This document shows, piece by piece, positions 1-8,664 of a DNA stretch of 64,000 nucleotides. The notes beneath the pieces are model-generated. The model saw only the letters and a program-made list of their open reading frames with translations. It was not told where the DNA came from and searched no databases. Numbering within the stretch: the stretch's first letter is position 1; every line of letters begins with the position of its first letter. Origin of the DNA: Candidatus Onthovivens sp. (GTDB lineage: Bacteria; Bacillota_I; Bacilli_A; RFN20; CAG-826); the NCBI GenBank assembly GCA_036746835.1, contig DAIODM010000003.1, forward strand, positions 1,033-65,032, in the 5' to 3' direction. Made by a program: the position numbers and the translations under genes.

Positions 1-1190
1 GAATCTAAACCAGTAGTGGTTGGATAAGTGACCATATTAAGGTACATTTCAATTAAAAACCAAACAAAACTTGCAAAAGAAGTGATGCCACCAACGATTA
101 AAGAAATTCTAAATTCCTTCCAAAGAATTTTTCCATATTCTTTTGGTTTATATTCGTTTAAGGCAAGACTACGAACCATTAATGTAGAAGTTTGACTTCC
201 AGCGTTTCCACCTGTATCCATAATAGTAGGAATAAAGGCACTTAAAACAGCAACTTGTGCTAATGCGCTTTGAAAATTACTTAAAACAACACTTGAAAAG
301 ACATCAAGAATAAGTAAGAAAATAAGCCAAGGAATACATTTAAAAGCTAATTTAAAAACTCCAGTATCACGATAACTATCTTCAAGAGGAGCAACACCTG
401 CGGTAATCGCAATATCTTCATTTGCTTCTTCTTGAATAACATCGACGATATCATCGACAGTAATAATACCAATTAAACGCTTATCATCGTTTAAAACAGC
501 GATAGCGTTTAAGTCATAACGACGGACTAATTCAGCGACTTGCTCTTGATCGGTATTAACATCAACTGTTACAAAATCTCTATTCATAATATCTTCAAGA
601 GTTTCATCATATTTTGCAAAGATTAAATCATCAAGATCTACAGTACCTAAAAAATTACGTTTTGCATCCTTTACAAAAATAGTGTAAATAGTTTCAGCAT
701 CTTTACCAAGTTCACGAATTTTATCGATTGCATCCTTAACAGTAGTGGTGTTTAAAAATTCAAGATATTCAGTAGTCATAATTGAACCAGCTGAATCATC
801 TTTATAATTTAAAAGTTTATTAATGATTGCTCGATCTTCTTTATTAGTATTATTTAAAATCTTTTTAACAAGATTAGCAGGCATATCTTCAATAAAATCT
901 GCGATATCATCATTACTTGATGAATCAAGAAGACTAACAATTTCTTTATCAGTCATTGCTTTTATAACAGCTTCCTTATGTTCATCATCTAAGTAATTAA
1001 AAAATACACTAGTAAATTCACTTTTTACGACTCTAAAAATAGGAATAATTTCCCTAGTGTTTTCAACAGGAATTTCGTTGCAAGCTTCTGCAATATCAAT
1101 TTCCGGATAAAGATCAAAGAGTTCTTTAATTCCACGATAATCTTTAGTTGCTAATAATTTTTCAACTTTTTCAGTTTGAATTTCTCTCAT
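1..1190 (-). CDS. mgtE: Mg2+ transporter MgtE (N-terminal about 400 aa; C-terminus runs off the window start)
   Basis: Absent from the ORF track because it is open at the window edge. My reverse-complement translation from the ATG (rc at 1188-1190, AGGAA SD upstream) reads MREIQTEKVEKLLATKDYRGIKELF..., then a CBS-pair region (..ITVDDIVDVIQEEANEDI..) and a membrane part (IPTIMDTGGNAGSQ) typical of MgtE. Confidence 0.85.
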   Translation of the reverse strand, partial: MREIQTEKVEKLLATKDYRGIKELFDLYPEIDIAEACNEIPVENTREIIPIFRVVKSEFTSVFFNYLDDEHKEAVIKAMTDKEIVSLLDSSSNDDIADFIEDMPANLVKKILNNTNKEDRAIINKLLNYKDDSAGSIMTTEYLEFLNTTTVKDAIDKIRELGKDAETIYTIFVKDAKRNFLGTVDLDDLIFAKYDETLEDIMNRDFVTVDVNTDQEQVAELVRRYDLNAIAVLNDDKRLIGIITVDDIVDVIQEEANEDIAITAGVAPLEDSYRDTGVFKLAFKCIPWLIFLLILDVFSSVVLSNFQSALAQVAVLSAFIPTIMDTGGNAGSQTSTLMVRSLALNEYKPKEYGKILWKEFRISLIVGGITSFASFVWFLIEMYLNMVTYPTTTGLD

Positions 1191-1275
1191 ATTATCCGTT
1201 CCTTTTTTAATTAAAAATATTATATATTTCTCAGTATTAAAAAGATACAAAAATAATTAATAATTTTAATTAAAA

Positions 1276-1715
1276 TTACAATTGATTTTTTAGGTAGCGT
1301 TTAGCCAACTTGGATGGTTTTAAATAAAAAGGAATTTCACCAGTATTATGAAAATAAACTTCTAAATTTAGGGTATCTAAATTTATAAATTTAATATTAG
1401 AATCATCGATTAAAGGACTGTCTTTTTCATAATCCGATGGGAGATATAGGGTGTTTTCGAGATAAATGTCTTGAGTTTCCCCTAATTCAATTAACGAAGT
1501 ATTTTTAAAATTTAAGATTAAAGTTTCGCTCCAAATAAAAGAGCAAAATAATCTAATGATAAAGAAGAAATAGATTTAAATTCATGATTCTCAATGTTTC
1601 CAGAAACAGTTTTAAGCGAAGTAGTGAAAATTAAAGTATTACTAGTTAAATTAGCAAAGTTATTGCCATTTAATTCTTTAATTCCTTCACTAAGAACAAT
1701 GTAGTGCAGACCCTA
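1276..1715 (-). pseudogene. Decayed gene remnant of unknown family: two stop-free stretches in different frames with no start codon
   Basis: rc translation gives about 62 codons (..LHYIVLSEGIKELNGNNFANLTSNTLIFTTSLKTVSGNIENHEFKSISSLSLDYFALLFGAKL*). After a frame change it gives about 85 codons (ILNFKNTSLIELGETQDIYLENTLYLPSDYEKDSPLIDDSNIKFINLDTLNLEVYFHNTGEIPFYLKPSKLAKRYLKNQL*). Stop-free runs this long are unexpected in 30% GC non-coding DNA. Confidence 0.3.
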
Positions 1716-1972
1716 ATCAGCTTACGATATTCCTAAAATTCCTCGTCTCTTTTTATATAACGACCACAAGTATATAAATTATTTTTTATCTTCACAAAGA
1801 CATTAAAGATGAAAAAAAGTACGAAAAAACGCATGAAATGTACCAAAAATGTACCACATTTCTATTTAAGTGACAATTTTTCGCATTTTTGTTGAGAGAG
1901 AGTTTATAATATTTTTAAAATGATGTTGTTAAATGCGTTATTCTAAAAGCAGACCAAGGGGAGGTTTTAACT

Positions 1973-2185
1973 GTGAATAAAAGCTTTGTGATACTTGATA
2001 TTTACAATTTATTAATCAAGCGCGAACCATTTAGTGTTGATTCCATTTCTAGGAAATACAACATTAGTAGGAGAACAACTTTACGTTATGTGAAAGTTGT
2101 TAAAGACTTCATTCTCGAATACTATACTGGTTATAGTGTAAATTTCGATAAGATTGAAGGCACATACCGATTAATTCAAGGTTAG
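1973..2185 (+). CDS. Small standalone winged-HTH protein (HTH_11/DeoR-N-like, 70 aa)
   Basis: GTG start with GGAGG 8 nt upstream. HTH-like segment ISRKYNISRRTTLRYVKVVKDFI. Its own terminator follows. Paralog-like to 45682-45900. Confidence 0.6.
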   Translation: MNKSFVILDIYNLLIKREPFSVDSISRKYNISRRTTLRYVKVVKDFILEYYTGYSVNFDKIEGTYRLIQG

Positions 2186-2192
2186 TTAAAAA

Positions 2193-2226
2193 AAGAGAAA
2201 TTTAGTAGGAATTTCTCTTTTTTTAT
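2193..2226 (+). terminator. Intrinsic terminator
   Basis: AAGAGAAAT-loop-ATTTCTCTT followed by a T-run. Confidence 0.75.
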
Positions 2227-2260
2227 TTATAAAACTCTTATCAATGCTTATAATTTAATT

Positions 2261-3832
2261 ATGGCAAATAATAAAGAATATGTAGTCTCTATAGACTATG
2301 GAACTCAATCAGTTCGTGTTTCGATTATTGATAAATTAGGAAATTTTTTAGCTTTTGAGCAAGAGCGTTATGCTCCAGCTTATAAATCACCAAAACCTGG
2401 GTATGCTGAACAAGATCCAGATTACTATTTTGAGTGCATGGCAAAAGCAGCTAATCGTATTGCTGAAAAACATCAAGATTTACTTAAAAAATGTATAAGT
2501 ATTTCTTCAACTTGTTTTAGAGATTCGGCAGTTTTCTTAGATGAAAATTATAAGTCAGTTCGTCCAGCTATTATTTGGCTTGATCAACGACAAGCAAAAC
2601 TTGAAAGAAAGATTCCTAAAGTCTATAGTTTAGCTTTCTTTTTAATAGGAATGCGTGAAACTATTATTTTAAATAGAAAAAGAACTCCAGCTTTATGGGT
2701 TCAAGAAAATCAACCAGATGTCTGGAATAAAGTTCGTTATTATGTTCCAATGAACTTATATCTTAATTATCGTTTAATTGGTGTTTTAAAAGATTCAGCC
2801 AGTAACATGGTTGGACATTTTCCAGTCAATTTTAAAACTGGGAAAAATTATAGTGAAAAAGCTCCTAAAGGCTGCATATATGGCGTAGATCCAATTATGG
2901 TTCCTACTTCTTGTGAAGTTGGCGAAAAGATTGGTGAAGTTACGGAAGAAGCTAGTAAATTAACAGGACTTCCTGTTGGTTTACAATATATTACTTCTGG
3001 TTATGATAAGAGTTGTGAAGCGCTTGGTTGCGGAGCTATTATAAAAGATTATGCTCATATAAGTTATGGAACTAGTAGTTCAATTGCTGTTGTTAGTAAA
3101 CATTACTTTGAACCAGAACCATTTTTACCAGCATATAAAACTTGTTATCCAGGATACTATAGTGGAGAGGTTCAAATTTATCGTGGATATTGGATGCTTC
3201 ATTGGTTTACAACTGAGTTTGCTGAAAAACAAACTTTAGAAGCGCAAATTGAAAACATGGCGGTAGAAGAAGTTTTAAATAAGAAACTTCTTGATATTAA
3301 ACCAGGTTGTGATGGATTAATTCTTCAACCATATTGGGGACCAGGTTTAAGTCGTCCTTTAGCTAAAGGTGCAATTATTGGTTTCTACGATGTTCATACT
3401 AAGTATCACGTATATCGTGCAATTATTGAAGGTATTGCCTTTGCTTTAAAAGAAGGCCTTGATGGAATTGTTAAAAAGACTCATACGCCAATTAACTATA
3501 TTACGGTTAGTGGTGGAGGAAGTCGTAGTGACGCAATTTGTCAAATAACATCTGATATTTTTGGTCTTAAAGTTGTTAAAGGTGAGACTTATGAGTCGTG
3601 TTCACTAGGATGTGCTATGTCACAATTTATCTCACTTGGTATTTATAAAGATGCTGCTGAAGCAAAAGATAAAATGGTTCGTTATGTTAAAACATTCTAT
3701 CCAGATGAGAAAAATTCAGCAGAATATAAGCGATTATATAAGAAAGTTTATAAACATATTTATCCAAATTTAAAGAAGATATATAAAGAATTACACGAAC
3801 TTCAACTTGAAGCGATGGAAGAAGAAAATTAA
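2261..3832 (+). CDS. FGGY-family carbohydrate kinase
   Basis: 523 aa. N-terminal YVVSIDYGTQSVR (actin-fold phosphate-1 motif), C-terminal TVSGGGSRSD. Length and layout match xylulokinase/glycerol-kinase-like FGGY proteins. Confidence 0.8.
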   Translation: MANNKEYVVSIDYGTQSVRVSIIDKLGNFLAFEQERYAPAYKSPKPGYAEQDPDYYFECMAKAANRIAEKHQDLLKKCISISSTCFRDSAVFLDENYKSVRPAIIWLDQRQAKLERKIPKVYSLAFFLIGMRETIILNRKRTPALWVQENQPDVWNKVRYYVPMNLYLNYRLIGVLKDSASNMVGHFPVNFKTGKNYSEKAPKGCIYGVDPIMVPTSCEVGEKIGEVTEEASKLTGLPVGLQYITSGYDKSCEALGCGAIIKDYAHISYGTSSSIAVVSKHYFEPEPFLPAYKTCYPGYYSGEVQIYRGYWMLHWFTTEFAEKQTLEAQIENMAVEEVLNKKLLDIKPGCDGLILQPYWGPGLSRPLAKGAIIGFYDVHTKYHVYRAIIEGIAFALKEGLDGIVKKTHTPINYITVSGGGSRSDAICQITSDIFGLKVVKGETYESCSLGCAMSQFISLGIYKDAAEAKDKMVRYVKTFYPDEKNSAEYKRLYKKVYKHIYPNLKKIYKELHELQLEAMEEEN

Positions 3833-3866
3833 AAAACCTTAGGAGAAGTCCTAAGGTTTTTATTTT
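3831..3866. terminator. Bidirectional intrinsic terminator between convergent genes
   Basis: AAAAAACCTTAGG-agaagt-CCTAAGGTTTTTATTTT. Confidence 0.8.
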
Positions 3867-5961
3867 AGCTTTCTTCAGCTTCACCCTTTTTCGCCATTGG
3901 GTTATTGCCAGTAAATTGTGAGTTATAAAGTTCAGCATAGAAACCATTTTGAGCAAGTAATTCTTTATGATTTCCAGTTTCAACAATATGACCTTTTTTC
4001 ATAACAATGATGAGTTTAGCATTTTTAATTGTAGATAAACGGTGAGCGATAACAAATGATGTTCTATTCTTCATAATCTTATCAAGAGCATCTTGAATTT
4101 GTTGTTCAGTACGTGTATCAACGCTTGAGGTTGCTTCATCAAGAATCATAATTTTTGGTTTACTTAAAATTGCTCGAGCTATAGTAAGTAATTGTCTTTG
4201 ACCTTGAGAAACATTGTTACCATCTTCGTTTAACATATAGTTATACCCGCCAGGTAACGTCTCAATAAAGTGAGAGATATGCGCTTCTTCACAAGCTTTC
4301 TTAATTTCTTCATCGGTTGCTTTTGGATCACCATAAAGTAAATTTTCTTTAATGGTTCCTTTAAATAACCAAGTATCTTGAAGAACCATACCAACTGATC
4401 CTCTTAAAGCGGCACGAGTGTAATCTTTAGTGGAAACTCCATCAAGTTTAATTGAACCATTGTTTAATCTATTAACAATTGTGTTCGAAATTAAATTTAA
4501 TTTTTCTTGAATTTCTTTATTATTAACTAAATCTTTATCAGCCTTACTAGTAATTAAAGTGTAGTAATTTTGTAAATCAGTTAAGGCTTTTAAAGTTGCT
4601 TCGTGAATACTTAATTTATCATTATAATCAATAGTATCTCGCGTGGATTTAGCTAAATGAAGGATTTCTTCGAGTTCATTTTTAATCCCAAGTTCAGCAT
4701 TTATAATCTCATCTTTAGCGGTGACACTATCGATTTCATAGAATCTCATAATCAAATTAACAATAGTAGTTTTTCCAGCTCCGGTTGGACCAACAATTGC
4801 TACTGTATCGCCTGCTTTTACTTTTAAAGTGAAGTTTTCAATAAGTGGTTTATCGGTGCTATATTCAAAGAAAACATTATCAAATTCAAAATCACCTTTA
4901 ACATTATTTTCGTTATTTATTGCATCAACTTTATCTTTAACTTCTTCTTTTTGATCTAATAAATTAAAGATTCTTTCAGCACTTGCAACAACACTTTGAA
5001 TAACGTTAGCAATTTGACCTAATTGCAGGAATGGTCGATTAAATAATCTTAAAAATAAGAAGAAAGTAATCATAGTTGCAGCATCGCTAATAATACCAGC
5101 AACAACTGCAATTCCTACATAAGCTAAGTTATCAATAAAGATAGTTGCTGGCCAAATAATACCACTTAAGAATTGAGATTTTTGATCAGCAATTGCCATC
5201 TTTTCATTACTAGAATCGAAGTCTTTTTCGACATCTTCTTGTTTATTAAATAACTTAATAATCATGTAACCAGCGTAGTCTTCTTCAACCTTACCATTTA
5301 AAACACCAAGTTCTTTACGGTAATTAGCGAATTGTTTACCACTGAATTTTGAAACAAAGAAAACGACAGCTAAAGTAAGTGGTAAAGAAGCAAGGGCAAC
5401 AAGAGCAAGTCGATAATCAATAACCATCATTGCAACTAAAGTTCCAAGGAATAAAGTAATTCCTGAGAAAGTTTGGGTGATGATTGTATTTAAATTACGT
5501 GAAATATTATCAACATCATTTGTACCGATTGATAAGGTATCTCCATAAGCTACTTTATCAAAATAGGATAAAGGAAGTTTATCGAGTTTACTTTGAACTT
5601 TATCTCTCATTTGGTAAGCATATCTTGCGCCAATTGACACACTAATATATTCACTAAGCCAACTAAGTAAAGCACTAACAACATAAACTGCGATTAAAAT
5701 TCCAAACTTTGTTAAGAAGACATCCCAAACAATATGGATATTCATCTCATTATCGAGATTAAACATCGAATTCATGCTATCGGTAGATAAAATATCTTTA
5801 AATAAAACTGGAGAGTAAATAGATAAAACAGCACTTGCAATAGATAAGAGAATAACAACAATAATTAAAGGAATTTCTTTTTTAAATTCTTTAATCATTC
5901 TTTTAGAAGTACCTTTAAAATTTCTTGGTTTTTCTAAGGTTCTTTGTCTTGGTCCTGGCAT
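3865..5961 (-). CDS. ABC exporter, fused permease/ATPase subunit (heterodimer partner), with an 89-aa insertion in the NBD
   Basis: Six-TM N-terminal half. Walker A GPTGAGKTT, signature VSQGQRQ, Walker B IMILDEATS, H-loop AHRL. 698 aa, against about 600 aa for the family. Confidence 0.9.
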   Translation of the reverse strand: MPGPRQRTLEKPRNFKGTSKRMIKEFKKEIPLIIVVILLSIASAVLSIYSPVLFKDILSTDSMNSMFNLDNEMNIHIVWDVFLTKFGILIAVYVVSALLSWLSEYISVSIGARYAYQMRDKVQSKLDKLPLSYFDKVAYGDTLSIGTNDVDNISRNLNTIITQTFSGITLFLGTLVAMMVIDYRLALVALASLPLTLAVVFFVSKFSGKQFANYRKELGVLNGKVEEDYAGYMIIKLFNKQEDVEKDFDSSNEKMAIADQKSQFLSGIIWPATIFIDNLAYVGIAVVAGIISDAATMITFFLFLRLFNRPFLQLGQIANVIQSVVASAERIFNLLDQKEEVKDKVDAINNENNVKGDFEFDNVFFEYSTDKPLIENFTLKVKAGDTVAIVGPTGAGKTTIVNLIMRFYEIDSVTAKDEIINAELGIKNELEEILHLAKSTRDTIDYNDKLSIHEATLKALTDLQNYYTLITSKADKDLVNNKEIQEKLNLISNTIVNRLNNGSIKLDGVSTKDYTRAALRGSVGMVLQDTWLFKGTIKENLLYGDPKATDEEIKKACEEAHISHFIETLPGGYNYMLNEDGNNVSQGQRQLLTIARAILSKPKIMILDEATSSVDTRTEQQIQDALDKIMKNRTSFVIAHRLSTIKNAKLIIVMKKGHIVETGNHKELLAQNGFYAELYNSQFTGNNPMAKKGEAEES

Positions 5962-5963
5962 AG

Positions 5964-7805
5964 TTATTTACCTCCTTCTAATACGGCAGTTTTTGCCATA
6001 TTAATGGTCTTTTCAACTTCATCTGGATCAAGTTGAGATTTAACAATATCTTGATAAATCTTGCATGTTTTTAAAAGTTCTTCATGTCTTCCTTGACCAA
6101 CACATTTGCCATCATTTAAAACAACAATATTATCAGCATCTAAAATTGAAGAAACACGTTGAGCAACAACAATAATTGATGAATTCTTCGTATATGGTTT
6201 TAAAGCAGCTCTTAATTTAGCATCTGTTTTGAAATCGAGAGCACTAAAACTATCATCAAAAACATAAATTTCTGGTTTTCTTACTAAGGCTCGAGCAATA
6301 CAAAGTCTTTGCTTTTGCCCACCTGAGAAGTTTTTACCGCCTTGAGCAACATAACTATTTAATCCGTCAGGAAGTTTTGAAATAAAGTGTTCAGTTTGAG
6401 CAACTGATAAAGCTTCGTTTATATCGTCATCGTTAGCTTTTTCGTTTCCAAAAAGGATATTATCTTTAATAGTTCCCTTAAATAAAACAGCAGTTTGAGG
6501 AACAAAACCAACTTTATCTCTTAAAATTCTAAGAGGCATTTCTTTAATATCAATTCCATCAACTAAAACGCTTCCGCTTGTTGCATCATAGAAACGAGGA
6601 ATTAGATTAATTATTGAAGATTTACCACTTCCAGTGCTACCAATAATAGCGGTAGTAGTACCTGGTTTTGTTTTAAAAGAAATGTGTTCAACACAAGGAA
6701 CTTTTGCATCTGGATAAGTGAAACTAACATCTTTAAATTCAATAACTCCTCTTTCTTTAGAATCGTTGATCTTTTTAAGAAGTTCAGGAGTCTCATCAAC
6801 ATCTTGAATCTTGTTTTCGGTATTTAAAACCTCATCAATACGTTTCGAGCTTGCAGTACCTTGAGGAATCATAATGAATAACATAGCAAACATCATAAAA
6901 CTCATCATAATTTGCATCGAATATTGGGCAGCAACCGCAGTATTTGTAATTGTTGCAGTAATTGCGTTTTGACTTGTAAGAACATTTACGCCTTCAAGTA
7001 AATAGAAACCAAGGGCATAAATTCCTACATAACAAAGGTTAAAAATAATTAAAATTACTGGGTTTGCAACAGACATAGTTCGACCAACTTTTACAATGAT
7101 CTTGGTCATGTCGGTGTTGGCTTTATCAAATTTCTTATATTCAGTTTCTTGTTGATTATAGGCACGAATAACTCTAATACCAGTTAAGTTTTCTCTTAAA
7201 ACAACTGTTACATTATCGGTCTTTTCTTGAATTTGCTTAAAGATAGGAGTTGCAATAATCATTAATATAGCCATGATTCCTATAATTAAAGGAATACAAA
7301 TTGCTAAAACAATCGCAAGTCGTGATTCTCCTTGAAGAATCTTAATTAAAGCAATTACCATATAAGTAGGTGACATAATTAAAGTTCTAACAGTCATAAA
7401 GACAAGGTTTTTAACTTGTTCGATATCGTTAGTGGTTCTTGTTATTAAAGTAGCTGTTCCAAATTTATTGTAGTTAGTTAATGATAATCGATTAATTTTA
7501 TGAAACATCTCATATCTCATTCTTTTTCCAACGTAAGCACCAAGGAAACTATTAAAGTATCCTTGAATAACAGCAAGAACAACAACAGCAAAGGAAATAA
7601 GTACCATATAACCGCCTTGAATAAGGATGTTTGTTATGGCGTCTTGTTTTTGAGCATCAGTAAAACCAGCTTGAGGCATCGCATTTTGAATATTGCCCAT
7701 GTACTCTGGAAGCATTAATTGAAGATAACATTGCGCAAAAATACAAATAGCAACTAAAAGGACTAAATACCATCTTTCACTTAATATTTTAATTACTCTT
7801 TTCAT
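5964..7805 (-). CDS. ABC exporter, fused permease/ATPase subunit
   Basis: Walker A GSTGSGKSS, signature FSGGQKQR, Walker B IYVFDDSFS. Only a 2-nt gap to the downstream partner. Confidence 0.9.
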   Translation of the reverse strand: MKRVIKILSERWYLVLLVAICIFAQCYLQLMLPEYMGNIQNAMPQAGFTDAQKQDAITNILIQGGYMVLISFAVVVLAVIQGYFNSFLGAYVGKRMRYEMFHKINRLSLTNYNKFGTATLITRTTNDIEQVKNLVFMTVRTLIMSPTYMVIALIKILQGESRLAIVLAICIPLIIGIMAILMIIATPIFKQIQEKTDNVTVVLRENLTGIRVIRAYNQQETEYKKFDKANTDMTKIIVKVGRTMSVANPVILIIFNLCYVGIYALGFYLLEGVNVLTSQNAITATITNTAVAAQYSMQIMMSFMMFAMLFIMIPQGTASSKRIDEVLNTENKIQDVDETPELLKKINDSKERGVIEFKDVSFTYPDAKVPCVEHISFKTKPGTTTAIIGSTGSGKSSIINLIPRFYDATSGSVLVDGIDIKEMPLRILRDKVGFVPQTAVLFKGTIKDNILFGNEKANDDDINEALSVAQTEHFISKLPDGLNSYVAQGGKNFSGGQKQRLCIARALVRKPEIYVFDDSFSALDFKTDAKLRAALKPYTKNSSIIVVAQRVSSILDADNIVVLNDGKCVGQGRHEELLKTCKIYQDIVKSQLDPDEVEKTINMAKTAVLEGGK

Positions 7806-8407
7806 TTTATATCCTTCTTTCTGTAGAATAAGTTCATAACGATTTCATCATTAGGAACTAAAGGTTTTCCATTTTCTTGATGCTTCATATTTAATGAAGC
7901 AATTCCAAGAAGCATTGTCGAATTAGCAAAGAAAATTTCAAATGGGTCACCAGGAATAACATCATGGTCATCCTGTCCTTTTTTAATTTCTTTTATCATT
8001 CTTTTAAATGCTTTTGGTGGTTTATTTTTGAGTTTTTCTTTATCTAATGAAGCATCCATTATCATGTAATAAGCATAATAACAAGCCATATCATCCTTTC
8101 TTAGCACATCAAGAACTAGAGATGTTACCTTTCTTATATAGTCAATTCCAATAAGATTTGTGTTCTCTACAAAATACTTAACTCCCGCATTTCTTTCTTC
8201 AGCATTGGCAATTATTGTGGCTTGAATATCATTTTTTCCTTTGAAATAGTGATAGAAAAGGCCATGAGAGATTTTAAGTTTTTTACATATGTCATCAACA
8301 CTAACTGTGGCAAATCCATGTTCACAAAATAGTTTGAGGGCAGTGTTTAAAATTTCTTTTTCTCTTTCTTCTTTTATTTCTAAACATTGAGTAGTAGTTT
8401 TTGGCAT
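7802..8407 (-). CDS. TetR/AcrR-family transcriptional regulator
   Basis: N-terminal HTH (ILNTALKLFCEHGFATVSVDDICKKLKISHGLFYHYFKGK). ATGA overlap with the ABC gene indicates one operon. Confidence 0.85.
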   Translation of the reverse strand: MPKTTTQCLEIKEEREKEILNTALKLFCEHGFATVSVDDICKKLKISHGLFYHYFKGKNDIQATIIANAEERNAGVKYFVENTNLIGIDYIRKVTSLVLDVLRKDDMACYYAYYMIMDASLDKEKLKNKPPKAFKRMIKEIKKGQDDHDVIPGDPFEIFFANSTMLLGIASLNMKHQENGKPLVPNDEIVMNLFYRKKDIK

Positions 8408-8427
8408 AATTTTTAACTCCTGGAGTG

Positions 8428-8456
8428 ATTATATTTTTAATTGGCAACATTGTCAA
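8428..8456 (-). promoter_or_regulatory. Consensus sigma-A-type promoter of the tetR-ABC operon with an overlapping imperfect palindrome (candidate TetR operator)
   Basis: rc reads TTGACA-N17-TATAAT, then AGGAG and the ATG. TTGACAATGTTGCCAA (12 of 16 palindromic positions) overlaps the -35 and spacer. Confidence 0.6.
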
Positions 8457-8664
8457 TGAAAAAAATATTGAATATAAATACCACTTTTTAACAAAAATGG
8501 TAAAATTATATAGTATGGTAAAAAATAAATATCTACTTTCTTGGAAAATATAGGTATTTTGTCTAGTTTGCCTCATAGTTAACTTTGGCTTTTCACAGTT
8601 AGCAATCCTTTTAAAGTTACCACTATATATAGATAATATTGGAAATACAATCGCTGGTGCATTA

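Noticed and set aside
3687-3986. 99-aa minus-strand ORF bridging two convergent genes
   Set aside because: It spans a bidirectional terminator and overlaps both well-supported CDS ends.
4459-4725. The idea that the ABC NBD insertion is an intein or mobile insertion
   Set aside because: The N-junction has no Cys or Ser, there is no His-Asn followed by Cys/Ser/Thr at the C-junction (it ends ..RLNN|G), and no homing-endonuclease-like motifs are present. The composition looks like a helical decoration.
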